DNA from: Anthoceros angustus
Lineage: Eukaryota > Plantae > Anthocerotophyta
Length of the DNA: 64,000 nt
Assembly (NCBI GenBank): GCA_010909165.1
Contig: VJWM01000266.1
Span: forward strand, 62,001-126,000
Reading direction: 5' to 3'
Shown here: piece by piece, positions 1 through 13,100 of the stretch
Layout: each line of letters begins with the position of its first letter
How positions within the stretch are numbered: position 1 is the first letter of the stretch
Position numbers and translations under genes: made by a program
The notes under the pieces: generated by a model
Database searches by the model: none
Told to the model about the DNA's origin: nothing
What the model saw: only the letters and a program-made list of their open reading frames with translations

Positions 1-79
1 AAGTCTTACCACCACTACTTACAACTTACTAACTAGATCCAGTGCATGCTTCTCATGCAAGGCTGTTACTTTCTCCCCA

Positions 80-3000
80 TCGAAAAGAATCACATCTCGA
101 TGATAGCCAACGACGAGAGATCATCCAGATCCTTTCAATATCCTCTAACGTTACCCAAAGCTGGATCGAGATCCCACGCAACTTTACCATATCGTGGGAT
201 TCCACGTTTTGTAGGCACGCTACTCTCGCAAGGAATTCCTCAATTTCCATCCTTGATTATCTTTGCACGAGAACACATACTTCTTCTTGTCCATGTCTTC
301 TTTCTCTTTGCACGGCACAAATGGTTTCGATGATACATGAAACACATTGTGTGCAAAAATCCATTCAGCTAACTTAAGCCACTTCTCCAATGCGCTTCAA
401 GACTACAAATGGACCACCATATCTTGGCCTTAACTTAAGAGTTAATCCTTGAGGTAATGGGAAATGCTTCAATTTCACCCATACTTTATCCCCAACGTTG
501 AAGACGTTTCTCTCCCGTGCTATCGATATTTCTTACGTGCTTGAGCCTTGGCTAAAATTCCTTTGGCAATCTCATGCCTAGCCTTCAAGCGCTCAATGAA
601 TCGTGGATCTCTAGTGGTAGTATCGAAAACTTCAGCATTTAGCATGGATACCACGTCCGGTCAATTTCCTCCCATCTCAAAGGACTACATCCAGAGAGGC
701 GTATGCGTGTTGTTATAACAAAATTGCATCGTCTAGATGATCATCAATCCCTCGATCAATGCACATAATGCCTTAAGTATTCTTCTTGGATTCGGTTGAC
801 TCGCTCAGTTGAGCCATCAGTATCCGGATGGAAAGCTGTGCTCATACATAATTCCACATTCAAGCATTTCATCAAATGCTGTCAAAATTCTCTTGTGAAC
901 CTTGGATCCCTGTCACTCACAATCTGAATAGGTAAGCCATGATACTTGTATATATACTTCTTAAACAAGCTGGCTACCTCAGAAGCTGTCACTCGCTTCT
1001 TTGTAGGGATGAAATGTGCTTGTTTGGTGAATCTATCCACCCTTGTCATGATGTGGCAACCAACATTCTTTGAGGGGCAAAGGCATGATAAAATCCATAG
1101 AGATACTCTTCCAAGGTCCACTTGGAATAGGTAGAAAGTAACAAACCTCTTGGTTTAGCTTGCTCCACCTTATCTTCTTCAAGCAGCACATGCCTTGACA
1201 TAATCCACGTATCTGATACATTCTCGGCCGATCGCTTCCTTAGCTTCTCATAAGTGGGGTCAATTCCACGGTTACACTTGGCACATCATGACATTCGACC
1301 AAGCAATTTGCTCTTCAACTACGAAAATTTGGGATCACAATCCTCCTCTGTTTGTATATCAACAAACCATCCCTCGATTTGAACTTGCTTCCTTTCGCTC
1401 TATTCCATTAATCCGATCACGAACATGGATCCTGAGGATATGCTTCCTTGATCTTTGTGAGTGTCCATAGGTTCAACCAGCATTGCCATTGCCTTTACTT
1501 CGACTCTTTTGCGACTCGGTATCCGCAACCTTATTCTCTTTTCGAGGTTTATACTTGAGGTGACATCATACATAGCTAGGAAATCTTGCCATCTAGCTTG
1601 TCTTGCATTCAACTTCAATGGTTAGAAGTATGTTGTCTTGATATTATCGATATAGAGCACAAAAGATCGCCAAGAGATAGTGTCTCCATACCTTGAGACA
1701 ATGAATGGCGGTCATTTCCTTCTCATAGGTGGGATACTTCAACTTATAAGGATGCAATTTCCTTGACTCAAAAGCTATTGGCTTATGGTCTTGCATCAAC
1801 ACTCCTCCTATGGCCACGTCACGAGGCATGTTGTACCTTGACATAATCCACTGTATCTTGATACATTCCGGCCGAAAAAGCCTTCCTTAGCTTCTCATAA
1901 GTGGGGTCAATTCCACGGTGACTGCACTTGGCACATCATGACATTCAAGCAATTTGCTCTTCAACTCAAGAATTTGGGATCACAATCCTCCTCTGTTTGT
2001 ATATCAACAAACCATCCCTCAATTTGAACTTGCTTCCTTTCGCTCTATTCCATTAATCCGATCGAACATGGATCCTAGATATGCTTCCTTGATCTTTGTG
2101 AGTGTCCATAGGTTCAACCACCATTGCCTTTACTTCGACTCTTTTTGCGACTCACATCCGCAACCTTATTCTCTTTTCCGGTTTATACTTGAGAGTCACA
2201 TCATACATAGCTAGGAAATCTTGCCATCTAGCTTGTCTTGCATTCAACTTCAATGGTTAGAGAAGTATGTTGTCGATATTATCGATATAGAGCACAAAAG
2301 ATCGCCTTGAGATAGTGTCTCCATACCTTGAGACAATGAATGACGGTCATTTCCTTCTCATAGGTGGGATACTTCAACTCATAAGGATGCAATTTCCTTG
2401 ACTCAAAAGCTATCGGCTTATGGTCTTGCATCAACACTCCACCTATGGCCACGTCGAGGCATCGTTTCCACATCCTTCTTGGGATCATACATTCCTAAAA
2501 GGAGTTGTACTCAATTTCATCTTCAAGTATTCAAATCTTTGCTTGACATTGACATCCCACTTCAAGCTTTCGTCATCTTTAAGAGGTCGATTATGGGGGC
2601 TGCTATCTTAGCAAACATCTGTCAAATCTCACATACACGAAGCCAAACCCATAAAAGCTGCGAACCTCATGAATGTTCCTAGGAGGTTGCCAATCTTGAA
2701 TGGCCCTCACCTTATCGAGGATCCATTACGTGCCATCAGTGAGAGACAATAAAGCCTAAGAAAGCTACCTCTGTCTTGGCAAAGTCACACTTCTTAATTG
2801 CCAAGAACAAGAATTCTCTCTTAGCTTTTGTAACACTTCTCTTAAGTGTTCGGCATGTTCCTCAAGGTATGGCTAAAAATCAAAATGTCATCCGGATAGA
2901 TTACAACACACTTGTCCACGGATCTATGAATATAGTATTCATAAGTGTCGAAATGTGGCGAGTGCATTAGTAAGTCCAAATGGCATGACGAAATTCAAAA

Positions 3001-3960
3001 GCCCCATACACGGTCCTACAAAGTTTTGTACTCATGTCCCTCTGCGATTACGATCGATAGTACCCGCCATCGGATCTAGCTTGGTGAAATACTTTGCACC
3101 CTTCAACTGTCAAACATATCATCCATTCTTGGCAAAGGATATGCATTCTTCAACGTAATTTGATTGAGCTACGTAATCTAAACACATCCTTAGTCCTCCA
3201 TTCTTCTTGGCGTAAACAATACGGCGCGCAAAGAGACTTAGAGACTACGATATATCCCTTTGCCGGGTTGGATGGTTGTCGCTTGAGTTCTGCGGCTCAT
3301 CCTACGACAATCTATATGGTGCTCTCAACGGAGGCGTACTCCCTAGCCTCAATTCTATCTCATGATCTACTACTCTGTGAGACGGTAAAGGTGACAATTC
3401 ATTAGGCATCAAATCCTTAAAATCATCAAAGACAGCTTGTAATTCCTTTGGGATGTCTTTCTCTTCTGAGGATTCTTCCTCAAGACCATCCTCTAATCCC
3501 TGGAGCATAATTAGATAAAGCTCCTTCTTCTGTCTTATGTCTTGCTTGAGCTCTCTTTTGAAATCAAGCATCGAGCACATCTCAAGCTTGACCAAGATTA
3601 GCACAAACCACCTTGTGCTTTCCATTCTTCAATATCTCAATGGTGCGGGACTTCACATCTACACGCACTTCATTGGATTTCATCCACTCTAGACCCAAGA
3701 TAACATCATGGTCATCCATGTCTACAATTTGTGAAACTCATATATCCTTCCCACGCTTCTATTTGCGGCTTTACTCCATACAATTCACCCAAGAAAAGCG
3801 AGTTCCTTTAGCTTGCTTGATTCCATATAGGTCGGAAGTACTAGCCCATTCTAGCCCAAGCTCTTTCGCCTTGCGAGTTATAAAATTGTGGGTGGCGAGT
3901 CCAACAATAACTCTACTTCTAAGCCATTCATCTTTCCACATATGTACATAAGGCCTCCAC
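80..3960 (-). pseudogene. pol: Family A pol (PR ~3650-3960, RT ~2620-3300, RH ~1560-2480 duplicated, INT ~330-1330, chromodomain ~80-260)
   Basis: ORF fragments 882..1121, 1033..1221, 1400..1618, 1644..1844, 2279..2488, 3302..3625 and 53..250 (EIEEFLA...VKLRG...LWVTLEDI). Confidence 0.9.
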
Positions 3961-4099
3961 CTTCCTCAAAGCAGTGTCATCCTTGACACTAGATGACTCA
4001 CCACATCTGTCACCACAACATGTAGCCCTTTGGCGTCATTTGGGCTCTGCGAGCTCCACAATCCTAAGTCCGGAGCTTGAGGATTGGCGGCTATCACGT

Positions 4100-6530
4100 T
4101 CGGTTAGAATTCCAGCTGTGCGGACAATCTTTATAAAGTGTCCTTGCTCTCCACAAGCCCCGCACGCACCAAATTGAGGGCTTGTCGTCCTTTGGCTTCC
4201 AGCCTCGACTTCTATTGGCTCCTCTTCCTCTTCCTACGCCTCGCCAACATTATCATTTGTTCCAATATGCCCGGTGGTGGCTCTTCCTCTACCTCGTGAT
4301 CTTCCTTGAAAAGATCTTGGATACCTTCCTCGAAGACACCGGTGCTTCCTCGGCACGACTTGTGTCGATATCATCTGCGACCATAATAGCCTCTCTTGAT
4401 TTTGAGGTTTTGTCATCGAATTCTATCCAGAGCCCACCTTTTGAGTCCACTATAAAACACATGGAGCTTATCCACCTCCACGCATATCAGGCATTGTAAC
4501 ACAGTGCTAAATTCACTCACATCTTGCGCAACATTCCTGTGCTTACATTCTCTAGCATCCTTCTTGCCGGCATAGATGCATTAGTTGGTGGAATTGAAGT
4601 TGCAGTGCATCTTTGAATTACGCGGTGGAAATAGTTTCCACTATATTACCTTGTTCAATACTACGAACATAAGTTCTCCACCAAGTAAGAGGCGTACCCT
4701 TCTAAGAAGTTAACGATGTGATCTAGATACTCTTCTGCGGAATCCTCTGCGGCAGTATCCTTCCAATGAGAAAAACCATGAATTGATTTTCTCCACATCT
4801 CGTTCACCCTTATACCTATAAAATTGTGGGTGGCGAGTCCAACAATAACTCTACTTCTAAGCCATTCATCTTTCCACATATGTACATAAGGGCTCCACCT
4901 TCCCTCAAAATAGTGTCATCCTTGACACTAGATGACTCACCACATCTGTCACCACAACATGTGCCCAGCGTCATTTGGGCTCTGCGAGCTCCACGAATCC
5001 TAAGTCCGGAGCTTGAGGATTGGCGGCTATCACATTCGGTTAGAATTCCCGATGCGGACAATCTTTCGCAAAGTGTCCTTGCTCTCCACAACAAGCACGC
5101 ACCAAATTGAGGGCTGTCGTCCTTTGGCTTCCACGGCCTCGACTCTATTGGCTCCTCTTCCTCTTCCTCTGCCTCTGCCAACATTATCATTTATTTGCCC
5201 TGTTGGTGGCTCTTCCTCTACCTCGTGATCTTCCTTGAAAAGATCTTGGATACCTTCCTCACGAAGACAACGGTGCTTCCTCGGCACGACTTGTGTCGTA
5301 TCGCATCTGCAGCCATAATAGCCTCTCAGTTTGAGGTTTTGTCATCGAATTCTATCCGAGCCCACCTTTTGAGTCCACTATAAAACCGTGGAGCTTATCC
5401 ACCTCCACATATCGGGGCATTGTAACACAGTGCTAAATTCACTCACATCTTGCGCAACATTCACCTTACATTCTCTAGCATCCTTCTTGCCATAGATGCA
5501 TTAGTTGGTGGAATTGAAGTTGCGGTGCATCTTTGAATTCGCCGGTGGAAATAGTTTCCACTCTATTACCTTGTTCAATACTCGAACATAAGTTCTCCAC
5601 CAAGTAGGCGTACCCTTCTAAGAAGTTAACGATGTGATCTAGATACTCTTCTGCGGAATCCTTTGCGAGAAAGTATCCTTCCAATGAGAAAAACCACGAA
5701 TTGATTTTCTCCATCTCGTTCACCCTTATACCTATGGGGTGAGCTTAGCCTCAACTTCTTGGGTCTCCTTGCTCTACTCCTTTACGGGCGAGGCTCCAAT
5801 TAGTCACATTCATCATCCTTCTACTTCCTTCATGACTTCCTTTTCCTTGTACTTGTTGCTCTAGAGCTTCCATTCTCCTCAAAAGATTTTGAAGCTCCTC
5901 TTGCGGCATGGTGGCGGTCTTGACCCAGTGTCACTCTGCCGTTCGAGATTAGTGGCTCCATCGAGGCTCATCCTGCGGTCTCCACCATAGGAGCCTTCTC
6001 TTTCTTCCGCCGTATTTTCTACACTGGCTCTTGAGGATCGGCCATCTCCACTAGCGTCCTAGCTAAAGATGCTTCAACCTTGAGCTCACGATACCAAGTA
6101 AGAGGCGTACCCTTCTAAGAAGTTAACGATGTGATCTAGATACTCTTCTGCGGAATCCTCTGCGTAAAGTATCCTTCCAATGAGAAAAACCACGAATTGA
6201 TTTTCTCCACATCTCGTTCACCCTTATACCTATAAATGCAACTTAGCCTCAACTTCTTGGGTCTCCTTGCTCTACTCCTTTACGGGCGAGGCTCCAATTA
6301 GTCTTCATCATCCTTCTACCTTCATCGAGCTTCCTTTTCCTTGTACTTGTTGCTCTAGAGCTTCCATTCTCCTCAAAAGATTTTGAAGCTCCTCTTGCGG
6401 CATGGTGACGGTCTTGACCCAGGTATACGCCTCTGCCGTTCGAATTAGTGGCTCCATCGAGGCTCATCCTGCGGTCTCCACCATAGGAGCCTTCTCTTTC
6501 TTCCGCCGTATTCTCTCTCGCTCTTGATCG
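4100..6530 (-). pseudogene. gag: Family A gag with zinc knuckle, internally duplicated
   Basis: Fragments KEKAPMVETA, EKINSWFFSLEGYF...EEYLDHIVNFLEGY, GRGRGRGRG before the CCHC region; lies downstream of the PBS. Confidence 0.85.
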
Positions 6531-6573
6531 GCCATCTCCACTAGCGTCCTAGCTAAAGATGCTTCAACCTTGA

Positions 6574-6584
6574 GCTCGATACCA
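6574..6584 (-). promoter_or_regulatory. Primer-binding site, tRNA-iMet type
   Basis: Minus strand TGGTATCGAGC (canonical TGGTATCAGAGC minus one A), just inside the LTR; recurs at ~27785, ~28936 and ~30971. Confidence 0.85.
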
Positions 6585-6586
6585 CA

Positions 6587-7071
6587 AGTAACACCCCTTT
6601 TCGGTGAGGTGGGGCAATCATGATTAGCGACAAAAACATTACGGACACCGGCACTAGGCCTCCAAGTAGCCCGCCGTCCTTCCACGGACGACTCGCTGAT
6701 CGGCTGCGCACTATTTATTCCAGCAAAGTCAAGAATACATGAGAGATCGGAGAGCTCCCATCTTTGCCTAAGCTAGGAGCTTAGCTCTCTCCCTCGATCT
6801 CCTCCTCATGACTCTCCTCTAGCGCTCACACTCTAGGCTCCCAAAGCCTCTAGGCACCAAAGTCCTATCCTCACAAGAGTGTAGCTCCCAGGCTGGGATC
6901 ACAAGATATCTCCCTCTGGGGCTAGCCTCATCTCCTTATATAGGGAGGCTTACATCATTTCAAAGCACTAAGCGAGACTTTCTTCCTTAAGCCCTAAGCT
7001 AAGTCTTACCACCACTACTTACAACTTACTAACTAGATCCGGTGCATGCTTCTCATGCAAGGCTCGTTACT
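6587..7071 (-). repeat. Family A LTR (~485 bp), shared between copy 1 (as 5' LTR) and copy 2 (as 3' LTR)
   Basis: Bounded by PBS on one side and PPT (minus AATGGGGAGAA, 7072-7082) on the other. Minus-strand TATATAA at 6936-6942 and AATAAA at 6714-6719. Terminal inverted repeat AGTAAC/GTTACT. Confidence 0.9.
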
Positions 7072-10000
7072 TTCTCCCCATTGGGAAAAGAATCACATCT
7101 CATTGATAGCCAACGTGTCGAGAGATCATCCGAGGATCCTTTACGAATATCCTCTAACGTTACCCAAAGCGGATCGAGATCCCACGCAACTTTACCATAT
7201 CTTGGGGCGATTCCACGTTTAAAAGGCACGCTACTCTCTGCAAGGAATTCCTCAATTTCCATGATCCTTGATTATCTTTGCGAACAACATGCTTCTTCTT
7301 GTCCATGTCTTCTTTCTCTTTGCAGCACAAATGGTTTGATGATACATGAAACACATTGTGTGCAAAAATCCATTCGAGCGGTAATGGTTGTAAGCCACTT
7401 CTCCAATGCGCTTCAAGACTACAAATGGACCACCATATCTTGGCCTTAACTTAGAGTTAATCCTTGAGGTAATGGGAAATGCTTCAATTTCACCCATACT
7501 TTATCCCCAATGTTGAAGGCGGTTTCTCTCCATGCTATCGGCATATTTCTTGGCGTGCTTGAGCCTTGGCTAAAATTCCTTTGGCAATCTCATGCCTAGC
7601 CTTCAAGCTCAATGAATGCGTGGATCTCTAGTGGTAGTATCGAAAACTTCAGCATTTAGCATGGATACCACGTCCGGTCTTGAATTTCCTCCCATCTCAA
7701 AGGACTACATCCGAGAGGCGTATGCGGTGTTGTTATAACAAAATTACGCATCGTCTAGATGATCGATCCAATCCTCGATCAATCCCTCGATCAATCGCAC
7801 ATAATGCCTTAAGTATTCTTCTTGGATTCGGTTGAGCCATCGATGTCTGGATGAAAGGAAATGCTCATACATAATTCCACATTCAAGCATTTCATCAAAT
7901 CTTGCCAAAATTCTTGTGAACCTTGGATCCTGTCACTCACAATGCATAGGTAAGCCATGATACTTGTATATATACTTCTTAAACAAAATTTGGCTACCTC
8001 GGCATCACTCGCTTCTTTGTAGGGATGAAATGTGCTTGTTTGGTGAATCTATCCACCCTTGTCATGATAGTACAACCATTCTTTGGGGGCAAAGGCATGA
8101 TAAAATCCATAGAGATACTCTTCCAAGGTCCACTTGGAATAGGTAATGTAATGTAAACCTCTTGGTTTAGCTTGCTCCACCTTATCTTCTTGACAAACAG
8201 CATGCCTTGACATAATCCTTTGTATCTGATACATTCTCGGCGATGCTTGACTTCCTTAGCTTCTCATAAGTGGGGTCAATTCCACGGTGACACACTTGGC
8301 ACATCATGACATTGACAAACAATTTGCTCTTCAACTACGAAAATTTGGGATCACAATCCTCCTCATTTGTATATCAACAAACCATCCCTCGATTTGAACT
8401 TGCTTCCTTTCTCTATTCCATTAATCCGATCCACGAACATGGATCCTGTGATATGCTTCCTTGATCATTTGTAGTGTCCATAGGTTCAACCAGCATTGCC
8501 ATTGCCTTTACTTCGACTCTTTTTGCGATTCGCATCCATGACCTTATTCTCTTTTCGGTTTATACTTGAGAGTGACATCATACATAGCTAGGAAATCTTG
8601 CCATCTAGCTTGTCTTGCATTCAACTTCAAGCTGGTTAGAAGTATGTTGTCTTGATATTATCGATATAGAGCACAAAAGATCGCCCAAGAGATAGTGTCT
8701 CCATACCTTGGACAATGAATGGCGGTCATTTCCTTCTCATAGGTGGGATACTTCAACTTATAAGGATGCAATTTCCTTGACTCAAAAGCTGAGGCTTATG
8801 GTCTTGCATCAACACTCCTCCTATAAACGTCGAGGCATCGTTGTACACTTGACATCCTTCTTGGGATCATACATTCCTAAAACCGGAGTTGTACTCAATT
8901 TCATCTTCAAGTATTCAAATCTTGCTTGACATTCAGCATCCACTTCAGCTTTCGTCATCTTTAAGAGTCGATTATAGAAACGCTATCTTAGCAAACATGT
9001 ACAAATCTCACATACCGAAGCCAAACCCATAAAGCTGCGAACCTCATGAATGTTCCTAGGAGGTTGCCAATCTTGAATGGCCCTCACCTTATCGAGGATC
9101 CATTCGATGCCATCAGAGAGACAATAAAGCCTAAAAGCTACCTCTGTCTTGACGAAGTCACACTTCTTAATTACCAAGAACAAAATTCTCTCTTAGCTTT
9201 TGTAACACTTCTCTTAAGTGTTAAGCATGTTCCTCAGGTATGGCTAAAAATCAAAATGTCATCCGGATAGATTACAACACACTTGTCCACGGATCTATGA
9301 ATATAGTATTCATAAGTATACGAAATGTGGCAGTGCATTAGTAAGTCAAATGGCATGACCGAAATTCAAAAGCCCCATACGGTCCTACAACTGTTTTGTA
9401 CTCATGTCCCTACGATTACGATCATAGTACCCGCCATCGGATCTAGCTTGAGTGAAATACTTTGCACCCTTCAACACATCAAACATATCATCCATTCTTG
9501 GCAAAGGATATGCATTCTTCACTTTGTAATTTGATTGAGGCTGCGTAATCTAAACACATCCTTAGTCCTCCATTCTTCTTGCGTAAACAATGCGGGCGCA
9601 CCAAAAGGAGACTTAGAGACTGATATATCCCTTTGCGGCGGGTTGGATAGTTGTAAGCTTGAGTTCCTGCGGCTCATCCTGCGACAATCTATATGGTGCT
9701 CTCGACGGAGGCGTACTCCACAGCCTCAATTCAATCTCATGATCTACTACTCTATGAGGCCAGTAAAGGTGGCAATTCATGAGGCATCAAATCCTTAAAG
9801 TCATCCAAGACAACTGTAATTCCTTGGGATGTCTTTCTCTTACGAGATTCTTCCTCAAGACCATCCTCTAATCACAGGCATAACTAGATAAAGCTCCTTC
9901 TTACATCTTATGTCTTGCTTGAGCTCTCTTTTTGAAATCAACTGTCTTGAGCATCTCAAGCTTGACCAAGATTAGCACAAACCACCTTGTGCTTTCCATT

Positions 10001-10119
10001 CTTCAATATCTCAGTAGTGCGGGACTTCACATCTACGCACTTCATTGGATTTCATCCACTCTAGACCCAAGATAACATCATGGTCATCCATGTCTATTCC
10101 TTGAAACTCATATATCATA
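7072..10119 (-). mobile_element. Family A copy 2, 3' part (CHD-INT-RH-RT to mid-protease), interrupted by the family B insertion
   Basis: Colinear with 71-3745. It stops at GAAACTCATATATC and resumes at 26379 with CCTTCCACGCTTCTATTTG, as in the uninterrupted copy at ~3735-3765. Confidence 0.9.
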
Positions 10120-13100
10120 CATGGGCTATGCACTTACAGGAGTTAAGAAATAAGTAGGGTTTACATTTTTTTAGGATTGAAGGATAAATAAGGCGGAAAG
10201 GAGGAATAAATTGGGGTAGCGCTTGGACTAGGCTCGGGAGTATACTCGGACTCGGAGTGAACAAGGACCCGGTACCACTATGGCAAGCTCCGGACTACAG
10301 CCGGAGTAGCAGGATAAGTCCGGAACCCACTCCGAGTCAAAAGCAGGATAAATCGCGGTAACCTAGGAGGCGTGAGGCAGACAGGCGCCACGTGGGCGGC
10401 CACGAGTGGAGGTCGGGCATGCGATGGGTCGGGGCCGTAACCTTGCGAGTTATAGCAGTGTATTCACGCCCAGCAATTGACGGCGTAAGGCAGTAAGCGG
10501 GCGTAGGGTCGAGTAAGCCATGCGAGACCCACAGCGATTCTGGACAAGGCGCCTTCAGCCCGGCCGGTTACTTCCTGGCGAGGAGGAGGTCATTTCGCTG
10601 CCCTCGAATAATCCTCACGGTCCCTTGCGCTCCGCAATCTGGCGCCTCGCTATCTTTTGGGCGCCCATTACAAGCGGCTCAAGGTTGGGCGGCGAGCGGC
10701 GAAGGAGGAACATCGTACTGCCGGACTCCGGCCAGCTCTGACAACAGAGGAGGAGAAGGCAATGGCTGGCTGATGCGGGAGCCATGGACCCTCGTGGGCG
10801 CAACATTGTGACCGGCGCTATCCGGACTTGGGCCACTGGCGTGGAGGAGGCGGGGGGTGGTGGGGAATGGCACTGGATGTATTCAATTTTATGCAGGACC
10901 AGCAGTACTTTGGTCCGGGAGTTGCCGGAAGATGTTGGCGGCCAACAAGGAGGTTCGATCGACCTCGGACAATCCTCACGGTCCCTTGCGCTCACAATCC
11001 GGCTCTCGCTATCTTTTGGGCGCCCATCGACAAGCCGGCTCACCGTCAAGGTTGGGCGGCGAGGAGGCGGCGAGGAGGAACATCGTGCCGGCCGGACTCC
11101 GGCCGGCTCGGCAAAGAGGAGGAGAAGGCAATGGCAAAAAGCGGAGTCGGAGCCATGGACCCTCGTGGGCGCAACATTGTGACCGGCGCTTCTCCAGGAC
11201 TTGCCAAGGAGGAGGCGAAGGGGTGGTGGGGAATGGCACTGGATGTATTCGGATGCGGACCGCGGCGTTACTTTGGTCCGGGAGTTGCCGGAAGATGTTG
11301 GCGGCCAACAAGGAGGTTCGATCGAGAACCTCGGGAGGACCCGGCGATGGACCTTGGGGGTCACGGGGCGGACCACCGCCGAAGGAGGAAGAAGGGGCGT
11401 GGTGCAGGCCCCTTAAGGCGAAGAGGCCGGGGCCGGCGGAAGGAGAGATGGAGGCCGGCCTCGGGAGATAGGAGATCTCCAGTCAGTGCAGGAAGTAGAG
11501 GAGGCGGCGGATGGAGGGCAGCAAGGACAGCTGGAGCTACAACTCCAAGATGCGTCGGGCGGTGATTCTCAACGAGAGAATCCACGACTTGAGCACGAAA
11601 TAGAGTGCCTCCGGCTCGTCGAAGGCGGAGGAAAATCGGCGACTATCGAGGAGTTGGGCGTTGCCGGGCTACGGTGGAGGAAGTCGGGAGTCGGACGGTA
11701 CGGCCTTTGGAGAGGGAGTGGCGGGCTAAGGCGAGTAAGCGGGCGTAGGGTCGAGTAAGCCATGCAGACCCTGGCGATTCTGGACAAGGCGCCTTCAGCC
11801 CGGCCGGTTACTTCCTGGCGAGGAGGAGGTCATTTCATTGCGACCTCGGACAATCCTCACGGTCCCTTGCGCTCACAATCCGGCTCTCGCTATCTTTTGG
11901 GCGCCCATCGACAAGCCGGCTCACCGTCAAGGTTGGGCGGCGAGGAGGCGGCGAGGAGGAACATCGTGCCGGCCGGACTCCGGCCGGCTCGGCAAAGAGG
12001 AGGAGAAGGCAATGGCAAAAAGCGGAGTCGGAGCCATGGACCCTCGTGGGCGCAACATTGTGACCGGCGCTTCTCCAGGACTTGCCAAGGAGGAGGCGAA
12101 GGGGTGGTGGGGAATGGCACTGGATGTATTCGGATGCGGACCGCGGCGTTACTTTGGTCCGGGAGTTGCCGGAAGATGTTGGCGGCCAACAAGGAGGTTC
12201 GATCGAGAACCTCGGGAGGACCCGGCGATGGACCTTGGGGGTCACGGGGCGGACCACCGCCGAAGGAGGAAGAAGGGGCGTGGTGCAGGCCCCTTAAGGC
12301 GAAGAGGCCGGGGCCGGCGGAAGGAGAGATGGAGGCCGGCCTCGGGAGATAGGAGATCTCCAGTCAGTGCAGGAAGTAGAGGAGGCGGCGGATGGAGGGC
12401 AGAAGGACACTGGAGCTACAACTCCAAGATGCGTCGGGCGGTGATTCTCAACGAGAGAATCCACGACTTGAGCACGAAATAGAGTGCCTCCGGCTCGTCG
12501 AAGGCGGAGGAAAATCGGCGACTATCGAGGAGTTGGGCGTTGCCGGGCTACGGTGGAGGAAGTCGGGAGTCGGACGGAGGCCGGCCTTTCGGGAGAGGAG
12601 GCGGCGGAGCTAAGGCGAGAATGAGCGGAGGGCGCGAGCCAGGCGAGAAAAGCTGGTCCAGTGAGAAAGGCGGAAGGAGCAGCTGCGCTATGGAGTGGTG
12701 GCAATGGAGGCAGGTGGAGGCGGCGGTGCGGGAGGTGACGAGGCCGCCCTTGTAGCCTCGCGTGATCTGACCGGCTCTATGTCTGGCGGGAGGTGGCCCA
12801 ACAAGCGGCCCCTCCGGAACACTTATGGCGGAGGGAGTATCGGGTGCTCGGGCACACGTGGAAGAGGCAATTCAACAAGTCGATTCGGACTTTGCCTATT
12901 ACCTACCCGAGCTCTGAGCGATGAAGCCTCGGCGCAAGCGGACGGACCCTGGAAGGCTCGAAGGAGATGAAGGCCACGGGGCACAGGACCCTAGTGGCCT
13001 GTTTGGAGATGACGGGAGGCGGCGGAGGAGGCGGCGAGGAGGCGGCGAGGAGGCGGATGCGGCGAGGTAAGCACCCGCACCTCACCATGGAAGGAGGGCC

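Larger units (their letters stand above)
1..7071 (-). mobile_element. Ty3/gypsy chromovirus LTR retrotransposon, family A copy 1 (3' LTR remnant 1-70, PPT 71-80, CHD-INT-RH-RT-PR-GAG, PBS, 5' LTR 6587-7071), frameshifted and with internal duplications
   Basis: Minus-strand fragments in gypsy order: gag (KINSWFFSLEGYF; a zinc knuckle pieced across frameshifts from FGACL...GH), protease (VELLLDS-ATHNFI), RT, RNase H (AIGGVLMQDHKPIAFESRKL...YPTYEKEM...VWRHYL), integrase ([36 protein letters not shown]), PRYGGPF motif, chromodomain. Confidence 0.93.

Noticed and set aside
2888-2899. YPDD as a genuinely novel RT active site
   Set aside because: It is a single CTG/CCG difference at a CHG site, the context where other lesions cluster, so it cannot be trusted without accurate reads.
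42-10100. Plus-strand ORFs such as MHASHARL... (42..377, 7042..7449)
   Set aside because: These are antisense shadows of minus-strand family A pol/gag.
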